Below, one piece after another: positions 9,204 through 19,123 of a DNA stretch of 64,000 nt. The notes under the pieces are model-generated. The model ran no database searches and had not been told where the DNA came from. It saw nothing but the letters and a program-made list of their open reading frames with translations. The position numbers and the translations under genes are program-made. Source of the DNA: an uncultured Clostridiaceae bacterium (GTDB taxonomy: Bacteria > Bacillota > Clostridia > Saccharofermentanales > UBA5734). Position 1 is the first letter of the stretch. Each line of letters opens with the position of its first letter. The stretch is taken from NCBI GenBank assembly GCA_942493365.1, contig OW818697.1:1634634-1698633 (forward strand). Direction: 5' to 3'.

Positions 9204-10163
9204 CTAGTTACCTCCCTGCTGGCCAATTTTTTCGTACGCCCTGATAATGCGCTGGACCAGGGCATTGCGGACCACATCGCGCTGGGTCAGTTCAACGAAC
9301 GCCAGGCCTTCGACATCTTGCAGAATATTGCGGGCTTCTTTCAAGCCCGATCGTTTGCTGGGCGGCAGATCGATTTGCGTGATATCCCCCGTGACAACTG
9401 CCCGCGAGTTGAAACCGAGACGGGTCAGAAACATTTTCATTTGTTCTGGTGTAGTATTTTGCGCTTCGTCAAGAATGATAAAGGCTTCATCGAGGGTTCG
9501 ACCGCGCATGTAGGCCAGCGGCGAGACCTCAATCAGTCCTTTTTCCAGATTTCTCAGATAGTTTTCAGCGCCCATCAGTTCATGCAAAGCATCAAAAAGG
9601 GGCCGCATATAGGGGTCAACCTTGGTCTGTAAATCACCCGGCAGAAAGCCCAGATTTTCACCAGCTTCAACGGCCGGCCGGGTCAGGATGATCCGACCGA
9701 CTTCACGGGCCCGAAAGGCGTTGACGGCCATGGCGACGGCCAAAAAGGTCTTGCCGGTGCCGGCCGGTCCGATGGCAAAGGTGATTTCGTGTTGGCGAAT
9801 CGCCTGAACGTAATCGCGCTGCCCGATGGTCTTGCTGCGGATCGGGCGTCCTTTTGCCGTCACACAGACGCAGTCCGGTGTATAGCCGATCACTTGCTCA
9901 AGGTTGCCATCACGCGCGGTATCACAGAGGTAGGTCACCAATTGGAGGTTAACCGGGTGGTTTTGGCGCTCGATTTCCAAAAGTCGTTCGCAAACCGCCA
10001 GGGCTTTCACCAAATTCTCTTCATCACCCTGCAGTAGCATGCCTTGATCAGTTACTTCAATATTGACATCCAGCAGTTGTTCAATGATCTCCAGATGACC
10101 ATTGCAACTGCCAAATACCGACTGCGCCGCCGTGGTGTTTTCGACCCGGATCTTTTTCTCCAT
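9204..10163 (-). CDS. phoH: PhoH-family ATPase (YbeZ-like)
   Basis: Walker A GPAGTGKTFLAV, ILDEAQN and TGDITQIDLP. Confidence 0.9.
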   Translation of the reverse strand: MEKKIRVENTTAAQSVFGSCNGHLEIIEQLLDVNIEVTDQGMLLQGDEENLVKALAVCERLLEIERQNHPVNLQLVTYLCDTARDGNLEQVIGYTPDCVCVTAKGRPIRSKTIGQRDYVQAIRQHEITFAIGPAGTGKTFLAVAMAVNAFRAREVGRIILTRPAVEAGENLGFLPGDLQTKVDPYMRPLFDALHELMGAENYLRNLEKGLIEVSPLAYMRGRTLDEAFIILDEAQNTTPEQMKMFLTRLGFNSRAVVTGDITQIDLPPSKRSGLKEARNILQDVEGLAFVELTQRDVVRNALVQRIIRAYEKIGQQGGN

Positions 10164-10174
10164 GCCGTTCTCCC

Positions 10175-10891
10175 CTATTCGCCGTCAGGAATCAGCAAAT
10201 CGATCTTGAAGGCGATACTGTCTTCACCCAAGGCTCGAATGGTTAATTCGGGCAAAGCTTCAATACTGATATCGTATTGGTCATTTTCATATTTGATGTT
10301 GCTCAAAATTGAATCACGATCGCCGTAGAGGATGTCCAGGATGTATTTCTCATCGGAAGGATTGGTAATGGCCTTGATGGTAAACGTCGCATTGCCAACG
10401 AAATTCTTGCCATTGATGACAATTGAATCCCCATTATCCTTGATTTCCGACATAGCAACGATGCGTTCGTCGTTGACGGATATCGCCTGAGCGCCAATGC
10501 TGCGCAGATCATCCACAAAACGGAGCAGGATGCCGACATTGACGCTGATGTCCTGTGCGCAGCTGATTCTGATTTCAATGCCATAATTCTTGACTTCGCG
10601 CAAACCGGCAAAAATAGCAGCACGTTCTTTTTCGTTGATAATCGACTGAATCTGAACATCGCCAGCTGCCTTGTCGTTTTCCAGCAGACTGCAGTACTTG
10701 TTAAGATCAAAATTTCGCTTCGAAAGTTCTTCATTCTTGTTGGCGTATTCAATGATTTTTTCCTGCAGCTCAGACAAGCTGTACTCGGACAAATTGTCCA
10801 GATTGACGTTTTTCATCTGGAGCGCGATCAGGATCCCCAGAATAACGCAAACCACCGTAAAAGCAACTGATTTTAGAGCATTGGGTTTCAT
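10175..10891 (-). CDS. DUF881 domain membrane protein
   Basis: N-terminal TM segment, a coiled segment, then the DUF881-like pattern (GIEIRIS...ISVNDERIV). Confidence 0.65.
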   Translation of the reverse strand: MKPNALKSVAFTVVCVILGILIALQMKNVNLDNLSEYSLSELQEKIIEYANKNEELSKRNFDLNKYCSLLENDKAAGDVQIQSIINEKERAAIFAGLREVKNYGIEIRISCAQDISVNVGILLRFVDDLRSIGAQAISVNDERIVAMSEIKDNGDSIVINGKNFVGNATFTIKAITNPSDEKYILDILYGDRDSILSNIKYENDQYDISIEALPELTIRALGEDSIAFKIDLLIPDGE

Positions 10892-11661
10892 GGCGCAACG
10901 ACCTCCAGCCTGTCAATGTATTTTTCGATATTATCGGCCTCAGCAAAGGCCGGGATTACGATACGATCAGATTTTTCGTAGCTAATTTTGATCATGTTGG
11001 TCGCTTGTCTGGTGTTGAAGTCCTGATCGTTAAAAACTGCCGTTGCCAGGGCCTCTGGATCGCCAAGGGCGATGATGACGTATGGCGGACTCAATCGTTC
11101 CTGGTTGCAGCGAATGGTCAGGCCGATGCAGTCAATGTTGGACGCATTGGTGAACCGGTTGCCGTTGATGGAAAATGCCGCTGCGCCGGCGCCATTGAGC
11201 AGCTCAAGGGCATGTCGCACATTGAAATCATGGACAATCATATCCGGCAATTCAAAATCGTCCAGAATCAGGATCAGGCCGGGCCCGCTAACCTCAGTCA
11301 AGCCTGCCAATATCCTGGCCTTTTCCAATTCGGCCTGCAGTTCGCCTTGGCCTGAATTGATCAGCAGTTGGTCAATCATCGCCGTCTTTTGCAGCGTAAG
11401 TTTTGCGTTTTCATCTTGCAAGGCCTGAAAATGCGACTGATACTCGGCCAAATTCTGCTGCCGTTGTTCAAAAAGCTCGACCAGATTGCGATTGGGATTA
11501 TCCGCGCGCACCGTCATGATGTGACTCATCAGAATAATACCGAAGCCCAGCATCAGCACGAACATCAGGAATTTTTGCTGGAAACGCTGGCTGGAAAAAT
11601 ACTGGCTGAGATATGGTTGCCAATCTTTCTTGACGCGCGGGTTTTTTCCCAGGCGGTTCAT
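10888..11661 (-). CDS. DUF881 domain membrane protein (paralogue of the downstream gene)
   Basis: TM segment plus coiled coil, then VSGPGLILILDD...FSINGNRF, typical of DUF881. ATGA overlap with the next gene. Confidence 0.7.
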   Translation of the reverse strand: MNRLGKNPRVKKDWQPYLSQYFSSQRFQQKFLMFVLMLGFGIILMSHIMTVRADNPNRNLVELFEQRQQNLAEYQSHFQALQDENAKLTLQKTAMIDQLLINSGQGELQAELEKARILAGLTEVSGPGLILILDDFELPDMIVHDFNVRHALELLNGAGAAAFSINGNRFTNASNIDCIGLTIRCNQERLSPPYVIIALGDPEALATAVFNDQDFNTRQATNMIKISYEKSDRIVIPAFAEADNIEKYIDRLEVVAP

Positions 11662-12557
11662 TGGAGGCTCGCCAGCAAGGACTCAAAATAGTCCGGCATC
11701 GGGCATTCGATGTGCATCATTTTTTTGCTGACCGGATGCTCAAATGTCAGCCCAAAGGCATGCAGGGCCTGCCCGGCCAAATGATAGTTTTTGCGGCCCA
11801 CGGCGTAGACGGGGTCGCCGACGACAGGATGCCCGATGTACTGGAGATGAACCCGAATCTGATGCGTGCGGCCGGATTCCAGATCAGCTTCGATCAGCGT
11901 GGTCGACTGAAAGCGCTTGAGGACTTTGAAATGGGTTACCGACGGTTTGCCTTGACTGACAACAGCCATGCGCTGGCGATTACGCGGATCGCGTCCGATG
12001 GGCGCGTCGATTGTGCCGCTGTCGGCGGTTACCAGACCATACACCAAGGCCGTGTAGGTGCGGCGGATTTCATGCCGGCGAATTTTATCGGCAATGTCAG
12101 CATGCACCTGGTTATCCTTGACCACCAGCAGCAATCCCGACGTATCCTTGTCAATCCGATGAACAATACCGGGGCGAATGACCCCATTGAGATCAGAAAG
12201 CTGGCCGGCGCAATAATCAAGCAGAGCATTGACCAGCGTGCCGGAACGATGCCCGGCAGCAGGATGAACCACCATGCCCTGAGGCTTGTTGATCACCAGC
12301 AGCCACTCGTCTTCATAAACGACATTCAAAGGTATCTTTTCAGCCTGGATCGTCGATGGCAGCGGGTCGGGGACCCCGATTTCGATCGTCTGCCCCGAAA
12401 CCGTTTTCCAGGCGGGCTTCAGAGGATGCCCATCGAGCGTGACGAGACCATCGCTGATCAGCTTGTGCAAATAAGCGCGTGAATACTGGGGCAGCTGTCT
12501 TGCCAGAAAGCTGTCCAGACGTAGCACATTTGCATCAGTCTGAAGGGTCATCAACAT
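11658..12557 (-). CDS. rluD: RluA-family 23S rRNA pseudouridine synthase (RluD-type, with S4 domain)
   Basis: N-terminal S4-like region, VVHPAAGH, and the catalytic motif HRIDKDTSGLLLV. The lspA-rluD order is conserved. Confidence 0.9.
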   Translation of the reverse strand: MLMTLQTDANVLRLDSFLARQLPQYSRAYLHKLISDGLVTLDGHPLKPAWKTVSGQTIEIGVPDPLPSTIQAEKIPLNVVYEDEWLLVINKPQGMVVHPAAGHRSGTLVNALLDYCAGQLSDLNGVIRPGIVHRIDKDTSGLLLVVKDNQVHADIADKIRRHEIRRTYTALVYGLVTADSGTIDAPIGRDPRNRQRMAVVSQGKPSVTHFKVLKRFQSTTLIEADLESGRTHQIRVHLQYIGHPVVGDPVYAVGRKNYHLAGQALHAFGLTFEHPVSKKMMHIECPMPDYFESLLASLQ

Positions 12558-13068
12558 GCGGGTTCTCCTCGTTTTGACTCGCGACCTTGTTGTGTTTACG
12601 GTCGGGCAGCAGGGTTCGGTCGGTCAGGATCAACAGGGCCAGCAGCCCTGCGCCGCAGACAACCAGCGAATCCGCCAGGTTAAATGTCGGAAAGACGTAA
12701 CTGCCAAAATGGAAATCCAGGTAATCCGTTACACCCAGATATTGGATTCGATCGATCAGATTGCCCAGACTGCCGGCGCAAATCACGGCCAGGCAGGCGC
12801 GAAGTTTGACATTGCGGCTTTTCCAGATGAGCGCCAGAATCACCAGCGACATAATCGATGAAATGCCGATCAGCAGATAAATGGCCCAGTTCTGATCGGC
12901 CAGAAAGCTCCAGGCCGCGCCGGAATTTCGACGATTGACCAGGTAGAAAAATCCGTCGATTACGGTGATGCTGCCACCGACGGGAATGTTTGCCATGACC
13001 ACTGTTTTAAACAGTTGATCGGCACCTGTCAGTAAAACGATTACGATGATTGCCCAGACCATATCCAC
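12535..13068 (-). CDS. lspA: lipoprotein signal peptidase II
   Basis: NSGAAWSF and GNLIDR...VTDYLDF...FNLAD motifs, with four TM helices. Confidence 0.9.
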   Translation of the reverse strand: MDMVWAIIVIVLLTGADQLFKTVVMANIPVGGSITVIDGFFYLVNRRNSGAAWSFLADQNWAIYLLIGISSIMSLVILALIWKSRNVKLRACLAVICAGSLGNLIDRIQYLGVTDYLDFHFGSYVFPTFNLADSLVVCGAGLLALLILTDRTLLPDRKHNKVASQNEENPHVDDPSD

Positions 13069-14651
13069 AACTCCTCGATACCCTCGTAAGGGTGATTTAT
13101 ATCAGGCCGACACTGCCCGACGATTCTGTCGCCATACAAGATAGCGGCTGACCGGATCAGCAGGACGCTCCAAGGGGAGCGAACGGCAGTTTCGTAGAGG
13201 GTATCGCCCAATGCTCCATCCTGCCCGTTCGGCATCTGCCAAATCGCTTGGGCCAGGTTCTGACGCCAGATTTCATAATCGGCCAGGCCAGGGCCGGTCA
13301 AGCCATTGAGCAAAGCAAAGGCGGCCGGGCGGTTGTCACTGTACAGCCAAGTCACATCAGGTTCGACCGGCATGACCGATTGTAACAAGGCCAGATCATA
13401 CTTACCACTTGCCAATGCGTTGACATAGGCATCGGCGGCCAGCGAGGTGATCTTAAAACGAATACCAGCGGTTTTCAGCATTTGTCCGACCAAATCAGCT
13501 GCCTCAACGAGCAATCTTTCGCTGGCCGGAACCAGCACGTTGATTTCTCCTTGATAGCCCCCCCACTCGCCAGGACCCAGGCTGTCTACTGCGGCAGCAC
13601 GTTGGTCGGCGGTGTCACTGATCAGCCAGCAATCGGCATTCAACGGCACCGGCGTGTTCTCACCCCAGTCTTCGCCCCCGGCGGCTGAAAATTGATCGGC
13701 TGCCAGGAGTTGCTTGATAAACAACAGCCTGCCAGGGTCAGCAAGCTCAGGGCTCTGTTTTGTATTATACGCCAAAAAGACAATCTGGTTGGCAGTATAT
13801 TGTTCAAAATGCAAACTGTTTCGCAAAATGTAACGGCTATAATCATCGGGCGGCAGATTGATCAAATCAAGCTGGTCGGATTCGTAGGCTTTCATGGCAT
13901 CTGTCAAACTGCTGAATTCCGAAATATGAATTGTTTTCAGGCTGCTGATGTCGGCCACGTCGCCTGATCTGACCAAGGTCATGCCCGCCGTCGTGGAATA
14001 GGATTCCATCTTAAAGCGGCCGGTTCCCGGGATAAGATCGTAAGCTCCGGCATACAGGCTGGCAGCTGGCACAATCGGAAATGTCAAGGCGTAGGCCAGC
14101 CAGGGACTGGCCTGATTCAAGGTCAACTGCAGGGTGTGGGCGTCAATGACTTGCACCGCGATGACAGCAGGTATTTTTGCCGCAAAGGGGGATTGCGCAG
14201 GATGGGTCATAATGTAGTCAAAGCACGCCTTGATGTCCTGGGCAGTCACCGGTACGCCATTGTGAAAGGCGCGACTTTCTGCCAACTGGATTTGCACGGC
14301 CAGGCCGGCGGTTCCCTCGATCACCGTCAGATTGGTTGCCAAGGCTGGCTCAATCTGCTGGCGGCCGTTGATTTTAAACAATCCTTCAAAAATCAGATCA
14401 TTGGCGGCCTGCCCCGATTCGCTCTTTTCCAGGAGCGGGTTCAGGGTCTGCACGCGGTAGCGCCAAAGTCGGAGCACGCCGCTGGCCGAGTTCGGGCGGC
14501 TGTTGAGATCAACGGTTGTCCCGCTTGTTGTTTCAGTCGCGCTGGTCTGTGTCGTCCGCGGGGTGGTGTCTGCGCAGCCCATAAGCAGTGTCAACAAATA
14601 CAGCACTGTCAGCAAAAAGCACAATTTGTACAGCCATCTTTTCCGGGTCAT
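13041..14651 (-). CDS. ABC transporter substrate-binding lipoprotein (family 5, peptide/nickel type), without adjacent permease genes
   Basis: Lipobox LLMGC after a signal peptide. SBP_bac_5-like core (TLNPLL...NDLIFEGLFKIN...). Confidence 0.75.
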   Translation of the reverse strand: MTRKRWLYKLCFLLTVLYLLTLLMGCADTTPRTTQTSATETTSGTTVDLNSRPNSASGVLRLWRYRVQTLNPLLEKSESGQAANDLIFEGLFKINGRQQIEPALATNLTVIEGTAGLAVQIQLAESRAFHNGVPVTAQDIKACFDYIMTHPAQSPFAAKIPAVIAVQVIDAHTLQLTLNQASPWLAYALTFPIVPAASLYAGAYDLIPGTGRFKMESYSTTAGMTLVRSGDVADISSLKTIHISEFSSLTDAMKAYESDQLDLINLPPDDYSRYILRNSLHFEQYTANQIVFLAYNTKQSPELADPGRLLFIKQLLAADQFSAAGGEDWGENTPVPLNADCWLISDTADQRAAAVDSLGPGEWGGYQGEINVLVPASERLLVEAADLVGQMLKTAGIRFKITSLAADAYVNALASGKYDLALLQSVMPVEPDVTWLYSDNRPAAFALLNGLTGPGLADYEIWRQNLAQAIWQMPNGQDGALGDTLYETAVRSPWSVLLIRSAAILYGDRIVGQCRPDINHPYEGIEELWIWSGQSS

Positions 14652-15430
14652 TCGTCGATCCTGATCCGTTCAATCTGTGTTGCCTGGCCGGTGATCGGAT
14701 CAGCCTCAATAAATACGCCGCAAAGGGCCGAAGGTCCTTGGGCAACTTCGTAGGGCGCTGGCAGACGATCAACAAAACGCCGCAGTGAGGATTCTCGTTC
14801 CATGCCAATGATGCCATCCCGGGGGCCGGTCATGCCAACATCGGTGATCGTGGCCGTCCCGCGCTCGAGAATTCGCTCGTCGGCTGTCTGAACATGGGTA
14901 TGCGTGCCCACAACCGCGCTGACTCGACCATCAAGATAAACGGCCATGGCCGTCTTCTCGGCCGATGCTTCGGCATGAAAATCGATCAGCGACAATTTGG
15001 TGTTGTATTCGGCTTTAAGCCGGGTCAGCATTTCATCGGCTGTTGCGAAGGGGTCGTTGGCAGGCTCCATGTAAACGCGGCCAAGGAGATTGATGACCAG
15101 CAGTTTGCCCGCCGGATGTTCAAACACGGTAAAGCCACGGCCGGGCCATGAGGCCGGCACATTGGCCGGTCGAACCAGATGGCGAATGTCATCGGCGGTA
15201 TTCAACAGGTCGTGTTTGGACCAGCAATGGTTGCCCATCGTTAAAATATCAACACCACAATTTTGAATTTCTTTCGCCAGGGTAGCGGTCAAACCGAGCC
15301 CCGCTGCCGCATTTTCCGCATTGGCCACACAGACATCTGCCTGCCATTTCTTTTTCAGATCGGGCAGACTGGCCTTCAGCAGTTTGCGGCCGCCCGCGCC
15401 GACCAGATCACCGATAAACAGAATTCGCAA
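14648..15430 (-). CDS. ymdB: YmdB-type metallophosphoesterase (2',3'-cyclic-nucleotide phosphodiesterase family)
   Basis: MRILFIGDLVG..GR, ANAENAAAG, GNH and GTHTHV motifs. It lies downstream of rny, as in Bacillus. Confidence 0.9.
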   Translation of the reverse strand: MRILFIGDLVGAGGRKLLKASLPDLKKKWQADVCVANAENAAAGLGLTATLAKEIQNCGVDILTMGNHCWSKHDLLNTADDIRHLVRPANVPASWPGRGFTVFEHPAGKLLVINLLGRVYMEPANDPFATADEMLTRLKAEYNTKLSLIDFHAEASAEKTAMAVYLDGRVSAVVGTHTHVQTADERILERGTATITDVGMTGPRDGIIGMERESSLRRFVDRLPAPYEVAQGPSALCGVFIEADPITGQATQIERIRIDE

Positions 15431-15514
15431 TCAATTTCCTCCATCAAAGAAACATTTTTGTTTCAGCTTATATTTTAACATAGAAGCGCCGGATTGGACA
15501 GAAAAAGGATGCCT

Positions 15515-15541
15515 GTCCCAGCAGCTGAATTGTGCTGGGAC
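15515..15541 (-). terminator. hairpin between rny and ymdB (partial terminator or processing site)
   Basis: GTCCCAGCA / TGCTGGGAC form a 9-bp stem with a 9-nt loop. On the minus strand it is followed, after 8 nt, by CCTTTTTC. Confidence 0.4.
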
Positions 15542-15591
15542 ATGACACCCTTTTGGTTGGTCCTTTTGTTCAAGTTGAGATCAAGCAAGAC

Positions 15592-17169
15592 TTACTTGGC
15601 AAATTCTGTTACGCGGGTTTCCCGAATGATGTGAACTTTGATCTGACCGGGATAGTCCAGTTCATCTTCAATTTTCTTGCAGATTTCACGGGCTTTCAGG
15701 ATCATTTCGTCGTCTTTGACATTTTCCGGGCGAACCATGACGCGAATCTCGCGGCCGGCTTGAATAGCATAGCATTTTTCAACGCCTTCGAACGATGTGG
15801 CAATCTCCTCGAGTTTCTGAATCCGCTTGATGTAGGTTTCCAGATTTTCGCGGCGAGCGCCGGGGCGGGCAGCCGATATGGCATCCGAAGCTGCAACCAG
15901 AACCGAAATCAGGGAATCGGGGTCAATGTCGCCATGATGCGATGCGATCGCATTGATGACTTCAGGGCCTTCCTTGTATTTCCGGGCAATTTCAGCGCCG
16001 AGCGTGATGTGCGAGCCTTCCATTTCGAAATCGGCAGCTTTGCCGATGTCATGGAGCAGGCCGGCCCGTTTGGCCATCATGACGTCCAGGCCAAGTTCAG
16101 CGGCCATCATGCCAGCCAGCCAGCAGACCTCGATCGAGTGCTGCAGGACATTTTGGCCGTAGCTGGTGCGGTAGCGGAGTTTGCCGAGCAGTTTGATGAT
16201 TTCGGGATGCAATCCCATGATGCCGGTTTCAAAGACGGCACGATCACCTTCCTGCTTGATGGTGGCATCGACTTCCTTGCGGGCTTTCTCGACCATCTCT
16301 TCAATCCGGGCCGGGTGAATGCGCCCATCGACGATCAGTTTGTCAATCGTGATGCGGGCGATTTCGCGGCGAATCGGGTCGAAGCTGGACAGGATGACCG
16401 CTTCGGGCGTGTCATCGATGATCAGATCGACGCCGGTCAGCGTTTCAATGGTTCTGATGTTACGTCCTTCACGGCCGATAATGCGGCCCTTCATCTCGTC
16501 ATTGGGCAGCGTGACCACTGAAACGGTCGCTTCGGACACGTAATCAGCAGCGTAACGCTGGATGGAACTGACGATAATATCTTTGGCCTTACGGTCAGCC
16601 TCTTCTTTGGTGGCCTCTTCCATTTGGCGGAGCATCAGAGCCATGTCATGCCGGTATTCCTGTCTGGCTTCGTCCAGCACCAGGTTTTTGGCTTCCTCAA
16701 CAGCGAGGCCGGAAATGCGTTCAAGTTCGTAGACTTTCTGTTTTTCAAGTTCCCGCGCCCGTTCTTCGAGCGCCAGGACATCGCTGACTCTTGTGTCCAG
16801 TGCCTCTTCCTTCTGGTCCAAAACCTCGAGCTTACGGTCGAGCGTTTCTTCTTTTTGTTCGAGGCGAGTGCGTTCACGTTGTAGATCGGTCTTTTTTTCA
16901 CGGACATCTTTTTCAAATTCAAGTCTTGTTTTATGGATCTCTTCCTTCGCTTGAAGAAGGAGCTCTCTTTTTCTGTTTTCGCCGGATTTTTGGGCTTCAC
17001 CGAGTAGTTTGCCGGCTTCCGCTTCTGCCTTTTCGGTTGAGTTGCGGATGGCTTCGGACTTTTTACTGAATCCACGTTGATAATAGAAAACAGTAAATCC
17101 AACTGCGATGGCAAAACCTGCGATAAATCCGACTATTGTCCATAGCCAGTCTATGGTAATCACCTCCAT
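15592..17169 (-). CDS. rny: ribonuclease Y
   Basis: N-terminal TM segment, a long charged coiled coil, a KH domain ([12 protein letters not shown]) and an HD domain (LLHDIGK). Confidence 0.95.
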   Translation of the reverse strand: MEVITIDWLWTIVGFIAGFAIAVGFTVFYYQRGFSKKSEAIRNSTEKAEAEAGKLLGEAQKSGENRKRELLLQAKEEIHKTRLEFEKDVREKKTDLQRERTRLEQKEETLDRKLEVLDQKEEALDTRVSDVLALEERARELEKQKVYELERISGLAVEEAKNLVLDEARQEYRHDMALMLRQMEEATKEEADRKAKDIIVSSIQRYAADYVSEATVSVVTLPNDEMKGRIIGREGRNIRTIETLTGVDLIIDDTPEAVILSSFDPIRREIARITIDKLIVDGRIHPARIEEMVEKARKEVDATIKQEGDRAVFETGIMGLHPEIIKLLGKLRYRTSYGQNVLQHSIEVCWLAGMMAAELGLDVMMAKRAGLLHDIGKAADFEMEGSHITLGAEIARKYKEGPEVINAIASHHGDIDPDSLISVLVAASDAISAARPGARRENLETYIKRIQKLEEIATSFEGVEKCYAIQAGREIRVMVRPENVKDDEMILKAREICKKIEDELDYPGQIKVHIIRETRVTEFAK

Positions 17170-17268
17170 TTATTTATTTGTCAAATTTCTAGTTTTAATA
17201 TGCTTTTGGCATTAGAATAAGCATTTATATTATTTTATAGAAAAGGTGTCATGATGTCAATAAAATAA

Positions 17269-17296
17269 ATGGCCGGTCATAATTCTGACCGGCCAT
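17269..17296 (-). terminator. rho-independent terminator downstream of hydA
   Basis: ATGGCCGGTCA / TGACCGGCCAT form a perfect 11-bp stem with a 6-nt loop. On the minus strand it is followed by TTTATTTTATT. Confidence 0.6.
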
Positions 17297-17324
17297 CACT
17301 ATAAATATTTTTGTCTTGTTGATA

Positions 17325-19097
17325 TCATTGTTCCAAAACGCTGTCAGGGTAGATTTCCCGTCGGTGATAATAGGTATGCAGCAGTTCATGCGCCAGATGG
17401 CCGTTGGCTTCGCCGAGAAAATCCTTGTAGAGAGCCGCGACATCGGGGTTCTTGTGCGATTTTCTTTCGGTTTGAACCAGATCTTCATCATAGAGCGCTT
17501 TGGCGCGCAGGGTGCGGATGTCGATATCCATCAGATCCTGCGCGTGAATCTGGGGTTGTCCGCCGCCGCAAACGCAGCCGCCCGAGCAGCCCATGATCTC
17601 AATGAAGTGATACTGCGGTGCCGTGCCGGCCTTGATGGCGTCCAGCAATTTGCGGGCGGCAGCCGTACTATGGGCGACCGCGGCCCGGATGGTGATGCCG
17701 CCCAGAACGACCTCGGCTTCTTTGATGCCCGCGTCAACGCCGCGTACAACTTTGTACTCCAGCTGGGGCAGATCTTTGCCTTCAAGAATGTCGGCCACCG
17801 TGCGCAGCGCGGCTTCCATAACACCACCGGTCGCGCCAAAGATAACGCCCGCGCCGGTGTATTCGCCGATCAGGTCCTGATCGGGTCCTTCGTCAGGCAG
17901 CTTGTTGAAATCAATGCCGGCCTGTTTGATCATGCGGGCGATTTCGCGGGTGGTCAGGACATAATCGACATCGCGGCATCCCGTCGCCGGATTGAACATT
18001 TCTTCGCGCGACGATTCGGTCTTTTTCGAGGTGCAGGGCATGATCGAAACGACCACAATATCTTTGGGGTCAATGCCCTTGCGCTTGGCGTAATACGTTT
18101 TGATGATGGCGCCTTCCATCTGGTGTGGTGATTTGCAGGTCGAGAGATTATCGAGAAATTCCGGGTAGTAAAATTCGGCGAAGCGAATCCAGCCAGGCGA
18201 ACAGGAGGTGATCATGGGCAGTTTGCCACCGTTTTGAATGCGGCCGAGCAACTCGGTGCCTTCCTCCATGATCGTCAGGTCGGCGGCGAAATTGGTGTCG
18301 TAAACCCGGCTGAAACCCATTCGCCGCAGGGCGGCAAACATCTTGCCGGTCACGCGTGTCCCGATGGGCTGACCGAATTCCTCACCCAGGGCAGCTCGCA
18401 CGGCCGGCGCGACCTGAACCACGACGTGCTTTTTCGGGTTGTTGATGGCCGTCCAGACATTTTCGGTTTCTTCACGTTCGTGCAACGCGCCGACCGGGCA
18501 GGCAATAATGCACTGGCCGCAGTAGATGCAGGGGGCGTCGGCCATGCTGATGTCGAAGGCCGGCCCGACGGCCGTGTCGAAACCGCGGTTGATGAAGGAC
18601 AGCACGTTGACATCCTGTTTTTGGCAAGCCGAAACGCAGCGGCCGCAGAGGATGCATTTGCCCGAGTCGCGGACGATTGACCAGGATTTGTCATCCAGTT
18701 TGGATGGGCTTTTATCGCCCTTGAAGTTGTATTCACGGATGCTGTAAAGCTCGCACAGATCCTGAAGTTCGCAGTTTTGGTTGCGGATGCAGGACAGGCA
18801 ATCTTTGTTGTGGTCGGACAGGATCAGCTCCAGCGTCGATTTACGCGTGGCGCGCACCCGGGGCGAATTGGTCTTGACGATCATGCCTTCGGCGACCGGG
18901 TTGACACAGGCGGCAGCCAGCGAGCGACCGCCGACAACCTCAACCAGGCAAACACGGCAGGCGCCAACTTCATTGATACCCTTCAGGTAGCAGAGTGTCG
19001 GAATCTTGATGCCGGCGGTGCGGGCTGCCTCGAGAATTGTCTTGTTGGCCGGCACACTGATCTGAACACCATCGATGGTTATATTAACATTATTCAA
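17325..19097 (-). CDS. hydA: [FeFe] hydrogenase catalytic subunit (NADH-dependent/bifurcating HydA type)
   Basis: N-terminal 2Fe-2S ferredoxin-like fold (ITIDGVQISV...CRVCLVEV), several CxxCxxC clusters, and H-cluster motifs (TSCSPGW, MPCTSKK, EIMGCSGGCVCGGG). Confidence 0.9.
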   Translation of the reverse strand: MNNVNITIDGVQISVPANKTILEAARTAGIKIPTLCYLKGINEVGACRVCLVEVVGGRSLAAACVNPVAEGMIVKTNSPRVRATRKSTLELILSDHNKDCLSCIRNQNCELQDLCELYSIREYNFKGDKSPSKLDDKSWSIVRDSGKCILCGRCVSACQKQDVNVLSFINRGFDTAVGPAFDISMADAPCIYCGQCIIACPVGALHEREETENVWTAINNPKKHVVVQVAPAVRAALGEEFGQPIGTRVTGKMFAALRRMGFSRVYDTNFAADLTIMEEGTELLGRIQNGGKLPMITSCSPGWIRFAEFYYPEFLDNLSTCKSPHQMEGAIIKTYYAKRKGIDPKDIVVVSIMPCTSKKTESSREEMFNPATGCRDVDYVLTTREIARMIKQAGIDFNKLPDEGPDQDLIGEYTGAGVIFGATGGVMEAALRTVADILEGKDLPQLEYKVVRGVDAGIKEAEVVLGGITIRAAVAHSTAAARKLLDAIKAGTAPQYHFIEIMGCSGGCVCGGGQPQIHAQDLMDIDIRTLRAKALYDEDLVQTERKSHKNPDVAALYKDFLGEANGHLAHELLHTYYHRREIYPDSVLEQ

Positions 19098-19123
19098 TGG
19101 AAATCACGCTCCTTTTGACCACT

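Noticed and set aside
13041-14651. The orphan family-5 substrate-binding lipoprotein between ymdB and lspA as part of a novel system.
   Set aside because: Solitary SBP genes are common. No permease, ATPase or sensor partner lies nearby, and nothing unusual is visible in the sequence itself.
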